In this document: piece after piece, positions 10,468 through 21,281 of the stretch
How positions within the stretch are numbered: position 1 is the stretch's first letter
Layout: each line of letters opens with the position of its first letter
From: a virus
Lineage: Duplodnaviria; Caudoviricetes
Virus record (IMG/VR): IMGVR_UViG_3300033068_001989
Coordinates: 143,752-207,751 of that record
Direction: 5' to 3' (one strand)
DNA: 64,000 bases
Made by a program: the position numbers and the translations under genes
The notes under the pieces: model-generated
Seen by the model: the letters and a program-made list of their open reading frames with translations, nothing else
Databases searched by the model: none
What the model was told of the DNA's origin: nothing

Positions 10468-11394
10468 TTATAGTCTAACTTTTGGATAGTTTTCATTGAA
10501 CCACGATATGGATTTCTCAAGACCCTCTCTTATTGGGGTAAATTCGAAATTTGGAAATATTTCTTTGATGACTGAATTATCACTAGGCTTCCTGTATTGT
10601 CCATCAGGTTTTGATTTATCGAATATAATTTCTCCGTCATATTCCATTATATCTGCAATCATTTCAACAACGGATCCTATGGATATTTCCTCGGAGGTTG
10701 ATAGTATAACTGGATCGGATCCATCGTAATTATCATAGAGCAATCTTGTTAATTTTGCAACATCCTCGGAGAATATAAATTCTCTTAGAGGTCTACCTGA
10801 ACCCCAAACTTTAAATTCTGTTTTATTCTTTTTTGCAAGATACATCTTATGTATAAGCATCGGTATAACATGGCCAGACTCGAGATTGTAATTATCGGAA
10901 GGTCCATAGATATTGCATGGGATCACACTAAAATAATTAACACCATATTGCTCTCTATATGATTTTATCTGTATATCAGCCATTCTTTTTGCATATGCAT
11001 AAGCATAGTTTGACGGATGTGGTGGACCCAGATGTATTTTATCTGGTGATAGTGGATATTCAACATTATCTGGAAAAACACACGTTGAAAGGAATGCAAT
11101 AAATTTTTTTATTCCAAAATTTCGGGCAGAATCTATTATTGCTGTGTTCATTGATATATTCTCATAGAAGAACTGTCCTTGGCCGTTCATATTACCTTGT
11201 ATACCTCCTACCTTTGCTGCGCAATGAATTATACCCTCCGGTAAATCACCAATTTTTTCAGACCAGTAGAAATGCTCATCTATGTATTTTTGATTGAGTA
11301 GGTTTAGATCGCTTGAACCGATTCTTTCATATTCTGTTCCTTTAAATTGTGAACCAACCAGGCCATATGCTCCTGTTACTAATATTTTTCCCAT
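10468..11394 (-). CDS. fcl: GDP-L-fucose synthase
   Basis: GAYGLVG, AAKVGGI, YAYAKR, PCNIYGP, HVIP, VWGSGRPLREF, KPDGQ. Confidence 0.95.
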   Translation of the reverse strand: MGKILVTGAYGLVGSQFKGTEYERIGSSDLNLLNQKYIDEHFYWSEKIGDLPEGIIHCAAKVGGIQGNMNGQGQFFYENISMNTAIIDSARNFGIKKFIAFLSTCVFPDNVEYPLSPDKIHLGPPHPSNYAYAYAKRMADIQIKSYREQYGVNYFSVIPCNIYGPSDNYNLESGHVIPMLIHKMYLAKKNKTEFKVWGSGRPLREFIFSEDVAKLTRLLYDNYDGSDPVILSTSEEISIGSVVEMIADIMEYDGEIIFDKSKPDGQYRKPSDNSVIKEIFPNFEFTPIREGLEKSISWFNENYPKVRL

Positions 11395-12207
11395 TTACAT
11401 TTTTTTATATTTTCTTATATAATCCTGATTTGTATAATATTCAAGAGTTTCGTGCATATTTAATGTTTCCAGATAATTATAGATGTCCCAATTTTCTCTA
11501 AAGAAATTATTAGCAGGACTGCTATCATTTCCCCTATGATGTTCTAGATGATATACCATAAAATGATCAACCCACCTTACATTTAATCCAAGTTTAATGA
11601 ATCTTTTCCCTCTCTCTTTGTCTTCCGGTCCATATGATATGAAGTTTTCATTTTCACCTCCATATGCTCTATATGAATTTGTATTAAAGAATATGCAATG
11701 TCCGTATTCCGTATAAAAATCTGAAAATAATGAGGGGTCTGAATCTATATAGTCCAGATTTAGATCGTTGTTGAATAGATTTTCGTGTATGTTTGGTGTT
11801 TGTAAAACTGTTCTTTGTGTCATTCCACCGAAAGAATAAGGATACAGTACATCTACGTTTTCTTCTAGTATCATTCTGACCGATTCTGTATACACTTCTG
11901 GTTTCATCAGAACGTCTATATCATAATTAGCAACTACCGGGGTTTCCACTGAATCTAACATTATATTTAGATATTTTGTTCTATGAAATGCTTCCTCTGG
12001 TTTCTCTACCCAGTGCTTTATTTCTATATTCTTAAGGGTATCTAGAAAATCTAATCTGGATTCATTATCTGATACCTCATAGATAAAAACATTCGTATTG
12101 AAATTCTTGTTTATATAATTTAGAACAGTTTTTGCATTATTATATCTGTCCTTATGTTCTATTAATATTGGTATAATAATAGTACAGTTTTTTAAATCTC
12201 TAACCAT
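11395..12207 (-). CDS. glycosyltransferase (GT-A fold, GT2/GT7-C-like)
   Basis: YDID DxD motif, GGENENFISYGPED, YHLEH. Confidence 0.8.
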   Translation of the reverse strand: MVRDLKNCTIIIPILIEHKDRYNNAKTVLNYINKNFNTNVFIYEVSDNESRLDFLDTLKNIEIKHWVEKPEEAFHRTKYLNIMLDSVETPVVANYDIDVLMKPEVYTESVRMILEENVDVLYPYSFGGMTQRTVLQTPNIHENLFNNDLNLDYIDSDPSLFSDFYTEYGHCIFFNTNSYRAYGGENENFISYGPEDKERGKRFIKLGLNVRWVDHFMVYHLEHHRGNDSSPANNFFRENWDIYNYLETLNMHETLEYYTNQDYIRKYKKM

Positions 12208-12916
12208 TTCTCAATTCTCTTTTTTTGTCCTCGCCTCCCTTATCAAGAAAGACTATAGTTGGGGTATTACCATATTCATATTCGCTTGGACAGGAAAATC
12301 CTATACCTAATATTCTATCCGGTTTATTATCCATGAAATATTTATTTAGATGTGATTCATCATGCCATATAGCTATTATACCATCCTCCAGATCTAGATC
12401 TATATTTTTACTAATTTTTTCGGACATTTCTATAAATGATTTCGAATCAGCACCAAAAAATCCACCGCAATAGTAATGCTCATTTTTACCAGTTTCTATA
12501 AATGCTCTGGATTTAGGATTTCTTTCAGGTGTTCCCTGTGGGTTCCAGGATATTAGTGTAAATCCAGGATGTAGGGTACCTATGGTTCCATTATCTCCAC
12601 TTATCATATCGGATAATGGTAGTTGTTTTCTGAATATGCTATCAACATCTATATAAAACGAAAAGTCGGATTTTTCTATCGTTTCCCTACCTAAAAGAAA
12701 ATAGTGGAATCTTTTCAATGTCGGCATTGGCCAAGGCTCTCTAGATATTTCAACTTTTTCTATATCTTGTGAATCCGTGATATCTTGTGAATCCGTGTAT
12801 ATTATAAAACTTAATTCGCAATCATTAACAAACATATCTCTTGCTGATTTGATAATATCATCTAGAAATAGCGTATATTTATTTGTTGCTATAAGATTTA
12901 GAGTAACTTTTTTCAT
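12200..12916 (-). CDS. GT6-family alpha-1,3-Gal/GalNAc transferase (ABO-like)
   Basis: IATNKY, WPMPTLKRF, YIDVD, LHPGF, YYCGGFFG, WHDESHLNKY motifs typical of GT6. Confidence 0.9.
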   Translation of the reverse strand: MKKVTLNLIATNKYTLFLDDIIKSARDMFVNDCELSFIIYTDSQDITDSQDIEKVEISREPWPMPTLKRFHYFLLGRETIEKSDFSFYIDVDSIFRKQLPLSDMISGDNGTIGTLHPGFTLISWNPQGTPERNPKSRAFIETGKNEHYYCGGFFGADSKSFIEMSEKISKNIDLDLEDGIIAIWHDESHLNKYFMDNKPDRILGIGFSCPSEYEYGNTPTIVFLDKGGEDKKRELRNG

Positions 12917-12959
12917 TTACTTTTTATCTTTATAGTAATAATCGGGTAAATTATTTCCA

Positions 12960-13400
12960 CTATATTTTGTATTTCTCTATAAAATCACTACAAACACCGG
13001 AACATCCATCTATTGGATCCTGATTAATTTCTGGCATTACAGCTATGCTATTCCTTATCGGTTGTTTCCCAGGATATGCCCAAATATGGTTATGACTTGT
13101 TAATGTTAACGTATCTTCTTCGTGCCAAAAATAATTTACATCATAACCACATTCTTTAAAAAACACTACGGCTTCAACGTTCTTACAGTGGACCCAAAGT
13201 TTAGATAACCTATCACGAATAAATCTAAAATCGATATCATAATCTGGTTTATCATGACCCAGCCACAACATATTGTCTTTAAACCAAACATCAATTTCAA
13301 CATCATATCCTTTTTTTATAGCTAAATCGATGTACGTTGGCTCATTCTCCCATGACTCAAATTTACCATTAATATTACCCCTATGTGCGATTAATATCAT
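12960..13400 (-). CDS. glycerophosphodiester phosphodiesterase-like protein
   Basis: LIAHRGN, DVEIDV, LGHD, HCKN, GVCSD. Confidence 0.75.
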   Translation of the reverse strand: MILIAHRGNINGKFESWENEPTYIDLAIKKGYDVEIDVWFKDNMLWLGHDKPDYDIDFRFIRDRLSKLWVHCKNVEAVVFFKECGYDVNYFWHEEDTLTLTSHNHIWAYPGKQPIRNSIAVMPEINQDPIDGCSGVCSDFIEKYKI

Positions 13401-14368
13401 ATCTTGTTTATTAAATTTAATTTATAATATTCCTCTATTTCTTTTTGATAGATTCTATGTGGAGTGTTTATTGTGTTATATGCCATATGTAGGCAGAATC
13501 CATTCCTTATGAAAACCATATTCAGATTATTTTTTTCCATGTATAGATTAAGAGGAACCTCGTCGTAGGGATCTCTAAAAAGGGATTTATCGTTGATTAT
13601 TTTTTTCCACGTATCTGTTTTTATAAAATAAAAACTGTTACAGAAATATGGGAATTTTAATTTTTCTAGTCTATAATTATTTGGCCCCATTAATTTTAAT
13701 GGTTCCCCGCAGATATATTCAGCTAATTTATTATGTGCTTCTATTGATACCCTAACTGGATGTATTCCCTTATAATAATGATCTATTTTATAGATATCTT
13801 CATAGAATTCATAATTCCATTTTTTTCTAATTTTATTCAGGGATTCGTAATTTGCACCCCACATATTATCTATTTTTGTTTTTATAAATATCTGGTGCAT
13901 TTCATTTTTTTGTTCATCTGTACAAAAGTCCTCTATGAATAGATCAACAGAAGGAATACCGTTTGATATAAGTGGAGATACGAACAGATTGGAGTTATCG
14001 TCTAGAATTTCGAGATTATCTATTATATAATCCCATACATGTGACGATATTAGTATATCATCATCCATGGAACAAGAATATTTATATTCGGAATTTGCAA
14101 GATGTTCTATCTTGCTCATATAATTGGTTCCTATCTCATCTCTCTTGTCTATGCATATCGAATTTGAACTTATACCTAATCTTACAAATTCGGAAGATTC
14201 TGTTTCCCATATGCTACTTTCTTGAATATTAGAAAAACATATAACAACATATATTTTTTTATTATTTCTTATTTTTCTAATCTCATTCAGTGATTTTCTT
14301 GTAAATTCTATTCTATCTGTATTATGAGCTAGTATATTTATTTGTAACATTTTTTCCATATTATTCAT
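13397..14368 (-). CDS. putative glycosyltransferase (paralogue of next gene)
   Basis: MDDD; shares SPxISxGIPSV, YKGxHPVR, DEVP and HMxYN with 14361-15401. Confidence 0.6.
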   Translation of the reverse strand: MNNMEKMLQINILAHNTDRIEFTRKSLNEIRKIRNNKKIYVVICFSNIQESSIWETESSEFVRLGISSNSICIDKRDEIGTNYMSKIEHLANSEYKYSCSMDDDILISSHVWDYIIDNLEILDDNSNLFVSPLISNGIPSVDLFIEDFCTDEQKNEMHQIFIKTKIDNMWGANYESLNKIRKKWNYEFYEDIYKIDHYYKGIHPVRVSIEAHNKLAEYICGEPLKLMGPNNYRLEKLKFPYFCNSFYFIKTDTWKKIINDKSLFRDPYDEVPLNLYMEKNNLNMVFIRNGFCLHMAYNTINTPHRIYQKEIEEYYKLNLINKI

Positions 14369-15401
14369 ATAAGGATTTTATAAAATCCATCTCGTATAAA
14401 TCTAACGAGTTTTCCGGCTTCTCTATGTTACTTCCACCGTCTACCTCATTTAGATACCATCTCCAGTTATATGTCATATGGATTGCATAACCGCCTCTGA
14501 TTATTATATGATTAAGATTGTTGATCCATGAGAATCTATTGATTGGTACCTCGTCACACCCATCAATTATAAGATTCTCGTGATTTATTATTTTATCATA
14601 TTTGTCAGTTCTTATAACAAAACACATATCACAAAGATATGTTGAATATTCTGCTCTAATTGGTTTGCAATCTTTAGAGGCAAAGAATTTTTCCCTGTTA
14701 TTTATAATTCCATCATTTATGAGCTTATTACCAAATCCATGTCTTACTGGGTGCATTCCCTTATAAAATTTACAGTAGTTATTTATTGTTCTCCCATTAC
14801 CTATATCGGTAAGCCCATCCATGTAAGAATTAATGGACCTATAATAATTTATATAATCCCATGGTTCTTGACTATTTACTGTGTGCTGATTTAATGGAGT
14901 ATAATCCATTATTCCATCCTGTACCTGAAATACACATCTACTGAATTCCCTCCTTATTTCGTTAGCATATTCAGGATCAAAAAAATCATCTATAAAATAT
15001 TCAACCGATGGTATTCCTGTTGAGATCGTAGGTGATAATGTTAGTGTTGAGTCGTCATTCAGAAGTTCGCATTCTTGAATTATATAATCCATTGTATATG
15101 CTGGAACTATTACATCATTATCAAATTTCATGATGTATTTATACCCATTAGTTTTTGCATAGTCTATAGCATATCTAACTTTTGGTAGATAATTACTTTG
15201 CGGACATTCAACTCCTGCCAAATCATAATCTAGCCCACTATTTCTGAGCTCGTTGTCATAGAATGAAAGATCGTTACTAGAATTAACTATTAATATTTTT
15301 ACATCCTCTTTATTTTTCATCTTTTTAATTTCATCAATAAACTTTCCAAATACAAAGTATCTGTCATTGCTTGTTAGATAAAATATTAATAATTTATTCA
15401 T
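14361..15401 (-). CDS. putative glycosyltransferase (paralogue of previous gene)
   Basis: FDND DxD motif; shared motifs with 13397-14368. Confidence 0.6.
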   Translation of the reverse strand: MNKLLIFYLTSNDRYFVFGKFIDEIKKMKNKEDVKILIVNSSNDLSFYDNELRNSGLDYDLAGVECPQSNYLPKVRYAIDYAKTNGYKYIMKFDNDVIVPAYTMDYIIQECELLNDDSTLTLSPTISTGIPSVEYFIDDFFDPEYANEIRREFSRCVFQVQDGIMDYTPLNQHTVNSQEPWDYINYYRSINSYMDGLTDIGNGRTINNYCKFYKGMHPVRHGFGNKLINDGIINNREKFFASKDCKPIRAEYSTYLCDMCFVIRTDKYDKIINHENLIIDGCDEVPINRFSWINNLNHIIIRGGYAIHMTYNWRWYLNEVDGGSNIEKPENSLDLYEMDFIKSLYE

Positions 15402-15414
15402 TTTATAATGCTAT

Positions 15415-16782
15415 TTATTGTTTATGATTTTCTAAGTAATAATCTAAATCCTCAGGAGTTCCCAATCCCCACATACCGCTTGTATTGAAGGTTCTTATTA
15501 TTAATCCTCTTTCGATTGCTTGATTGAAAACTGGACAAACGTAAAATTCATTATTTATTCTGATATTCTTGTCTATCATCTCCTCTGCGCAGCTTACAAA
15601 ATCTGAACCTCTCTTCCAATAGTAATAGCCAACCGTTGCTATATCCGATATTGGATTTTTTTCTGCTACCTCTGTAACTATTCCAGCTTCATCTATTTTT
15701 GCAAATGACCATTTAGGATGTGTAGCCGTAAATGTAACTATTCCTCCATCGGAGTTGGTTTCATTCATTTTATACATAAATTCATTGGAATCCCATTCAA
15801 CGAATTGATCTGAATTTGCAAAAAATAATGGTGAATCATTATTTATGTAATTTTTTGCTAATAGACTCGTACATGCTGCACCCTCAGTTATTCCGTCAGT
15901 TTCAACTATTGTACATCCTGGTGTTATTAAATTAAGAAGCGTGTCAAGATTGTATTTTTCTCTATGGCTTTTCTGTACTATATAGATATAATTTGCATCT
16001 ATATTTAAGTTCTCTACCACGAGTTGTATCATTGGCTTTTTATTAACCTCTATTAGTGGCTTGGGAAATGTATATCCCGCTTTTTCGAATCTGCTTCCTG
16101 CCCCTGCCATAGGTATTAATACATTTAGCCTCTCGTCCTTCCATTTTGGGGTACTCTTCATAATTTCTGTATTTAATTTATTTTTAATTCTGTTGTATGT
16201 TACATCAGCTGGAGAATTTACCCTAAGTACATCCGCTCTGCTTCTTGATGCTGCTAATAATCCATATGGTGAATCCTCTATTATTAGGGTTTCCTCTGGT
16301 AGAAATCCTAATTTTGACATAGCACTCCAATATATCTCTGGGTGTGGTTTGCTATTAGAAACATCCTCGTTTGATAAAATAAGATCAAAATATCCTATTA
16401 TACCCAACTTTGATAATACTATTAATATTGTTTTTCTTATGCTGTTTGAACATACTGCAAGTTTATAGCCATCAGAAACCAATTTTTCCATGCAAGATTT
16501 TAAATCCTCGGATTCTCTAAGGTTTGATAATTCTAAAGCTGTATATTTTTGCTTATCCTCCCATATCTTTTTATAACTATCAATAGGAAGACCCTTTTTT
16601 TCGGTTAACATTTCTAGTTTTTGTATTGTCTTAAGTCCATCATATATTGAAAGATGCTCATTCCAATCTATCGAATATTCCTCACCGAGAGCTTTGTTTA
16701 AAGACTCGTAATGAATATTTTTTGCCTCGACTATTACTCCGTCGAGGTCAAATATTATTAGTTTTCTCATATTTGATTTCAT
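15415..16782 (-). CDS. HAD phosphatase - sugar nucleotidyltransferase fusion
   Basis: FDLDG, CSNS, KPHP, IEDS (HAD) followed by PMAGAGSRF..PKPLI, ANSDQ, GLGTPEDL (NTP transferase). Confidence 0.88.
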   Translation of the reverse strand: MKSNMRKLIIFDLDGVIVEAKNIHYESLNKALGEEYSIDWNEHLSIYDGLKTIQKLEMLTEKKGLPIDSYKKIWEDKQKYTALELSNLRESEDLKSCMEKLVSDGYKLAVCSNSIRKTILIVLSKLGIIGYFDLILSNEDVSNSKPHPEIYWSAMSKLGFLPEETLIIEDSPYGLLAASRSRADVLRVNSPADVTYNRIKNKLNTEIMKSTPKWKDERLNVLIPMAGAGSRFEKAGYTFPKPLIEVNKKPMIQLVVENLNIDANYIYIVQKSHREKYNLDTLLNLITPGCTIVETDGITEGAACTSLLAKNYINNDSPLFFANSDQFVEWDSNEFMYKMNETNSDGGIVTFTATHPKWSFAKIDEAGIVTEVAEKNPISDIATVGYYYWKRGSDFVSCAEEMIDKNIRINNEFYVCPVFNQAIERGLIIRTFNTSGMWGLGTPEDLDYYLENHKQ

Positions 16783-17564
16783 CTATATTTTAAATATTCA
16801 TAATTTTCAGATTTTGATTCTAGTGGTCTTGATTCATTCCCGCTATGTAGATCATTCGGCTTAAAAAAATCATGAGGAAAAAATTTATACTTGAGAGAAA
16901 GTATATTGCACTTAGGATTCATGACATATTTTAAACTATGGACGTTTTTTCCGTTTTGTATTAATTCATCCCTATTTTTTAACCACATTGGTGGAAATCC
17001 ACCAATCACTCGCTTGCTCCATTCGATATCCTCACCTTCTCCCCAATAGAAATCCTCATTTAATGGATATTTGCACATTATTGATTTTTTAGCAACCCAA
17101 AAATAACCAGGTATATACATGCCACTCGAACCTTCGTAATCATATGGAAGAAGGACATTCCCGTAAACTCGATCGTCAGGTAATCCCATCCAGTCTAACA
17201 TTCTTGATCCGTCTTGATTTTTTATGGAGTTCATGCATATATCCCAATCAGTTCCAAATTCTAGAAATTCTTGATACCAATTGGCATCGAGAATTAGGTA
17301 ATCATGCATGTATACTATATTATCATACTTTGCTTCCGTAGTTATTATATTTTTTTTCTTCGTTATCCACATATTTCTTAATGATTCGTCAAAAGGAATA
17401 ATTCTTATATTATTGCTTTCCATTAAAGAACAGTTTCCAATTATTATTATTTCATACGAATCGCTGGGTATACATTGGTTCTCTATACTTCTTATTATAT
17501 CATTAAGATACGATTGTGTGTTTTCTGTTGTTATTATCCCAAATGTTATTTTCATTTTATCCAT
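16779..17564 (-). CDS. GT2-like glycosyltransferase
   Basis: TFGIIT, YEIIIIG, KKN, HDY, GEDIEWS; paralogue of next gene. Confidence 0.75.
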   Translation of the reverse strand: MDKMKITFGIITTENTQSYLNDIIRSIENQCIPSDSYEIIIIGNCSLMESNNIRIIPFDESLRNMWITKKKNIITTEAKYDNIVYMHDYLILDANWYQEFLEFGTDWDICMNSIKNQDGSRMLDWMGLPDDRVYGNVLLPYDYEGSSGMYIPGYFWVAKKSIMCKYPLNEDFYWGEGEDIEWSKRVIGGFPPMWLKNRDELIQNGKNVHSLKYVMNPKCNILSLKYKFFPHDFFKPNDLHSGNESRPLESKSENYEYLKYR

Positions 17565-18289
17565 TTTGATATATGGTTTTTAATTAGGTCATCATATGCA
17601 TTAATATTATGATAATCTGACATTTTGATAATATTGGATATCTCATATTCCGTTATCTCGTTAAATATTCGATCTTTTTGTTTTATGAGTCTAACTACGG
17701 ATTTTTCATTTATCGAAAAATCTGTTATCTCTCTAACTCTTATCGACCATTCAACATCCTCACCCTGACCCCATCTTAGATTTTCATTTAGCTGGTTTTC
17801 TAGCATGAAATTTTTCTTTGCTACCCAATAAGCACCTGATATATACATCATTTTGCTTAGTGTTGTTATATTATAGGGTATTAGATAATTCCAATCCTTT
17901 ACCTTTCCGCTAGCATCATCCATCCATAAACACCAATCCCTATACCTTGTCATATCAGGATTTACTATTCTGTTCATACAGACATTAAAATTGTTTCCAA
18001 ATTTCTTAAATTCTGAATGCCATTCAGGTAAAAATTCTATATAATCGTGTAGATATACTATATTTTCATATTTTGATTCTCTTGTGATTATATTCTTCTT
18101 CTCTGATACTCTAGCCGGTCCTTGATCCTCGTAAAAAGGTATTACTCTGGTTTTTTCTCTCTTTATATGATTTCCACCTATTATGATGACTTCATAATCA
18201 TCAGACATAGTTATTTCTATGGAATCTATTATCCTGTTTATTCTATCTTCCGAATTTCCGTCAGTTATTATACCGAAAGTGAAATCCAT
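17552..18289 (-). CDS. GT2-like glycosyltransferase
   Basis: TFGIIT, KKN, HDY, GEDVEWS. Confidence 0.75.
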   Translation of the reverse strand: MDFTFGIITDGNSEDRINRIIDSIEITMSDDYEVIIIGGNHIKREKTRVIPFYEDQGPARVSEKKNIITRESKYENIVYLHDYIEFLPEWHSEFKKFGNNFNVCMNRIVNPDMTRYRDWCLWMDDASGKVKDWNYLIPYNITTLSKMMYISGAYWVAKKNFMLENQLNENLRWGQGEDVEWSIRVREITDFSINEKSVVRLIKQKDRIFNEITEYEISNIIKMSDYHNINAYDDLIKNHISKWIK

Positions 18290-18290
18290 A

Positions 18291-19049
18291 TTAAAAGTAA
18301 ATTATTATATTATCTTCAAATGTTTTTGGATTTTCTTCTAGAATTTTTATATTTTTTTCTGAGAATTTATTAAATATTTCTTCCTTATTATACGAATCTA
18401 TGTTACATAAGCCACTTATAAAATTGTATGTTAAATATCCATTTTTTGATCTTTTGATTATTCTTTCGTAATATAAATCTTGTAGATTTTTATCTAGTTC
18501 CGAATATGCATAGTTGCTTATTACTATATCGAAATCCTCATCCATACTTGGTACGTCTGATATCTTTACTATTCTTGAATCTACTCCATTTATACTTAGA
18601 TATTTATTACTTAAATATGATGCTTCGTCAAGATCAATTATTGAATATTCGAGAGAGTTAAATATCTTACTTAGAATTAAGCACTGTCCTCCATATCCTG
18701 CTCCTATTTCTATTATTTTCTTACCCGATATGTCACCGAATTTATTTTTTATATCTGACAGAACTTTAATATATCTTAGAGTTGATGGTGATATCTCTCC
18801 AATTTCAGGATAGTTAAATTTTAACGTACCTCCGTGTTTATCATTTTCTTTGAATTCGTTGATATTATCAAGTAATTCTGGTGAATTGTTTTTAATATAA
18901 TCTAAATATAGTCTACCTTGTTCTTCCGATACATGCTCAAGAATTCCATTATATACAGGATTTCTTTTGAATGTTTTAAAGAAATCTTCATCGTTTGCTG
19001 CTTGCACACAAACGCTTTTATATTGTTGAGTATCACTTATGCTATTCAT
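18291..19049 (-). CDS. putative sugar O-methyltransferase
   Basis: SAM-binding IIEIGAGYGG, IIDL, FDIVISNYAYSEL; lies in the glycan cluster. Confidence 0.8.
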   Translation of the reverse strand: MNSISDTQQYKSVCVQAANDEDFFKTFKRNPVYNGILEHVSEEQGRLYLDYIKNNSPELLDNINEFKENDKHGGTLKFNYPEIGEISPSTLRYIKVLSDIKNKFGDISGKKIIEIGAGYGGQCLILSKIFNSLEYSIIDLDEASYLSNKYLSINGVDSRIVKISDVPSMDEDFDIVISNYAYSELDKNLQDLYYERIIKRSKNGYLTYNFISGLCNIDSYNKEEIFNKFSEKNIKILEENPKTFEDNIIIYF

Positions 19050-19053
19050 ATTA

Positions 19054-19755
19054 TTATTTTAGATTATTTTTAATTAATATATCGTTTACGGTAAAGGGAA
19101 GTTGTTTTGCGTTAAAGTTACTTTTTGAATGGATCCTATGTAAAACTAGAAACTTTTGTATATTATGGAATGTTTTATTTTGTTTTGATAGTCTTATCCA
19201 GAAATCAAAATCCTCGATACCTTCAACCATTTCGTCCCATCCACCTATTTCAATTGCATCAGATGTTCTGAATAATGATGATGAATTTACTATCTGGTTG
19301 TGTCCTATCGAAAATCCTCTTCTTATATCAATATCATCCTGATCCAAGCTCAATGAATTTGTTTTGTTATTATGTGTATCTATATAGTATGCCAGTGTAC
19401 CAATAACATCAAAATTTTTACATAATTGGATTTGCTCCGTTAATTTGTCGCTTTCCCATATATCATCGCCATCTATGAGTGAGATATATTCGGTGTCCAC
19501 TATCTTTAGTAATTTATTAAGTGTTTTTGCCTTTCCCTTATCGTTGCCATAATCTATTAATGTGAATCTATCATCTGAACCAATTAGCGATTCTGCTATT
19601 TCTTTGCTAGAATCTACGGTCCCATTAAAAGCTATTATACATTTAAAATTTTTGAATTCTTGTTCTAGTATGCTTTTTATTGTATATTCAATGAATTCTT
19701 CATCGTTATATACTGGTAGAAGTATCGTTATCATGTTTATTATAAAATGATCCAA
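19054..19755 (-). CDS. GT2 glycosyltransferase
   Basis: LLPVYN, IDGDD, EDFDFW. Confidence 0.88.
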   Translation of the reverse strand: MDHFIINMITILLPVYNDEEFIEYTIKSILEQEFKNFKCIIAFNGTVDSSKEIAESLIGSDDRFTLIDYGNDKGKAKTLNKLLKIVDTEYISLIDGDDIWESDKLTEQIQLCKNFDVIGTLAYYIDTHNNKTNSLSLDQDDIDIRRGFSIGHNQIVNSSSLFRTSDAIEIGGWDEMVEGIEDFDFWIRLSKQNKTFHNIQKFLVLHRIHSKSNFNAKQLPFTVNDILIKNNLK

Positions 19756-20534
19756 TTATCACAATATACACCAGATGCATCCTTATTCATATATGGTCCG
19801 AACCAATTTGATGGTGCTATTGTTTTTTTACTTTTTGCCAACCATGATCCCCACCAACTAAAAGAGCTATTTGCTATTATGTGGCCATGACACAATGACA
19901 TCAAATACATATCAATATAGGGATTACCAGATTCAACTATTATTGAATTATTTATATGTAGATTTTGTCTGCACCATTCAGGATCATCGGAGAATATATA
20001 AAAATTTGAATTAGGATCGAAGTGTTTCGATGCCTCTATGTAATATTCTATTGTCTGTGTTGGGTGATGACCAGGCGATGTTAGATAATCACCTCTTCTT
20101 ACATGGACAGACACACCATTTTCGATGGCTATATAATTTTTTGAATTTTCTATTATGTCATCTCTGAATTTGAAAATTTCTCTTATCTCGGATTCTATAA
20201 AATTGAAATACTTTTCTGTTTGGAAATATCCTGATAATGATGTATGATCAGGCAAAATCTCTGTTTGTGGATTGAACCCGAAATCATTTTCGTAATATAT
20301 GTGATTTATCTGTATTTCGTTGCTTGGCTTTATTAATTTTTTTGGTATATTAAAGCAATCTAGCAATTTACAACCATCGTATGAATTCGGATCTAAATCC
20401 TGATGGAATCTTTCCTCTGGAAAAACTGGATCAAATCCAAGTTTTCTAGCTATCCCTACAGTTGATGCAAATTGGAACATTTGATTACCAAATCTCCCCA
20501 TGTGCCCAATATTATTAAAAGTTATCATAATCAA
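19740..20534 (-). CDS. GT11 alpha-1,2-fucosyltransferase
   Basis: GRFGNQMFQ, GYFQ, VHVRRGDY, FSDD, NSSFSWW. Confidence 0.93.
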   Translation of the reverse strand: MIMITFNNIGHMGRFGNQMFQFASTVGIARKLGFDPVFPEERFHQDLDPNSYDGCKLLDCFNIPKKLIKPSNEIQINHIYYENDFGFNPQTEILPDHTSLSGYFQTEKYFNFIESEIREIFKFRDDIIENSKNYIAIENGVSVHVRRGDYLTSPGHHPTQTIEYYIEASKHFDPNSNFYIFSDDPEWCRQNLHINNSIIVESGNPYIDMYLMSLCHGHIIANSSFSWWGSWLAKSKKTIAPSNWFGPYMNKDASGVYCDNWIIL

Positions 20535-20624
20535 TCATTTATAATTTTACTCATTTTACTGATTTTAGTTCCATTTTTAAGGAACAAAAGGTAACAAATA
20601 ATCTAAAAATATAAAAGTGAAGTT

Positions 20625-21281
20625 ATGAAAAAATTATCAGTTGTTGTACCATATAGAGATAGAGAAGAACACCTTAAACAGTTTGTTCCATATATGGAGA
20701 AATGGTTGACAGAGGAGGAAATACCATTCGAGATAATAATAGTAAATCAATCTGACGGTAAGGGGTTTAATAGAGCGAAATTATTAAATATTGGGTTTAT
20801 CGAGACAGAGAATTGTGATTACCACGTTTTCCATGATGTCGATATGCTTCCTATAGATTCTGATTATGACTATACAGATGGTCCAACACATCTTGCATCA
20901 CAGGCTGAACAATTTGGATATAAACTTCCGTATGATGGATATTTTGGAGGAGTTACAATCTTTGATAAATCTAGTTTTATTAAGATAAACGGTTATTCCA
21001 ATGATTATTGGGGATGGGGAGCTGAGGACGATGATGTTTTATATAGATGCTCAATAATGGGGATCGCAATATATAGAAAACAATGTAGATATAGATCTTT
21101 GGAACATGAAAGAAAAATAGAGCACGATCCATATATGAAAAATATCGATAGACTAAATACTTTCATCAATAGTGCATCAATTGAATCTATAATGAATGAC
21201 GGGCTATCAAATTTATCATATAATAAGATAGACGATAAAATGTTAACCGAACATACTAGATTTATAACTGTTGATATCTAA
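20625..21281 (+). CDS. GT7 beta-1,4-galactosyltransferase-like
   Basis: VPYRDR, FNRAKLLNIG, FHDVD, YFGGV, INGYSNDYWGWGAEDDD. Confidence 0.92.
   Translation: MKKLSVVVPYRDREEHLKQFVPYMEKWLTEEEIPFEIIIVNQSDGKGFNRAKLLNIGFIETENCDYHVFHDVDMLPIDSDYDYTDGPTHLASQAEQFGYKLPYDGYFGGVTIFDKSSFIKINGYSNDYWGWGAEDDDVLYRCSIMGIAIYRKQCRYRSLEHERKIEHDPYMKNIDRLNTFINSASIESIMNDGLSNLSYNKIDDKMLTEHTRFITVDI

Noticed and set aside
12763-12797. 18-bp tandem duplication in the GT6 gene
   Set aside because: In-frame TDSQDI duplication in a probable loop; no sign of phase variation.
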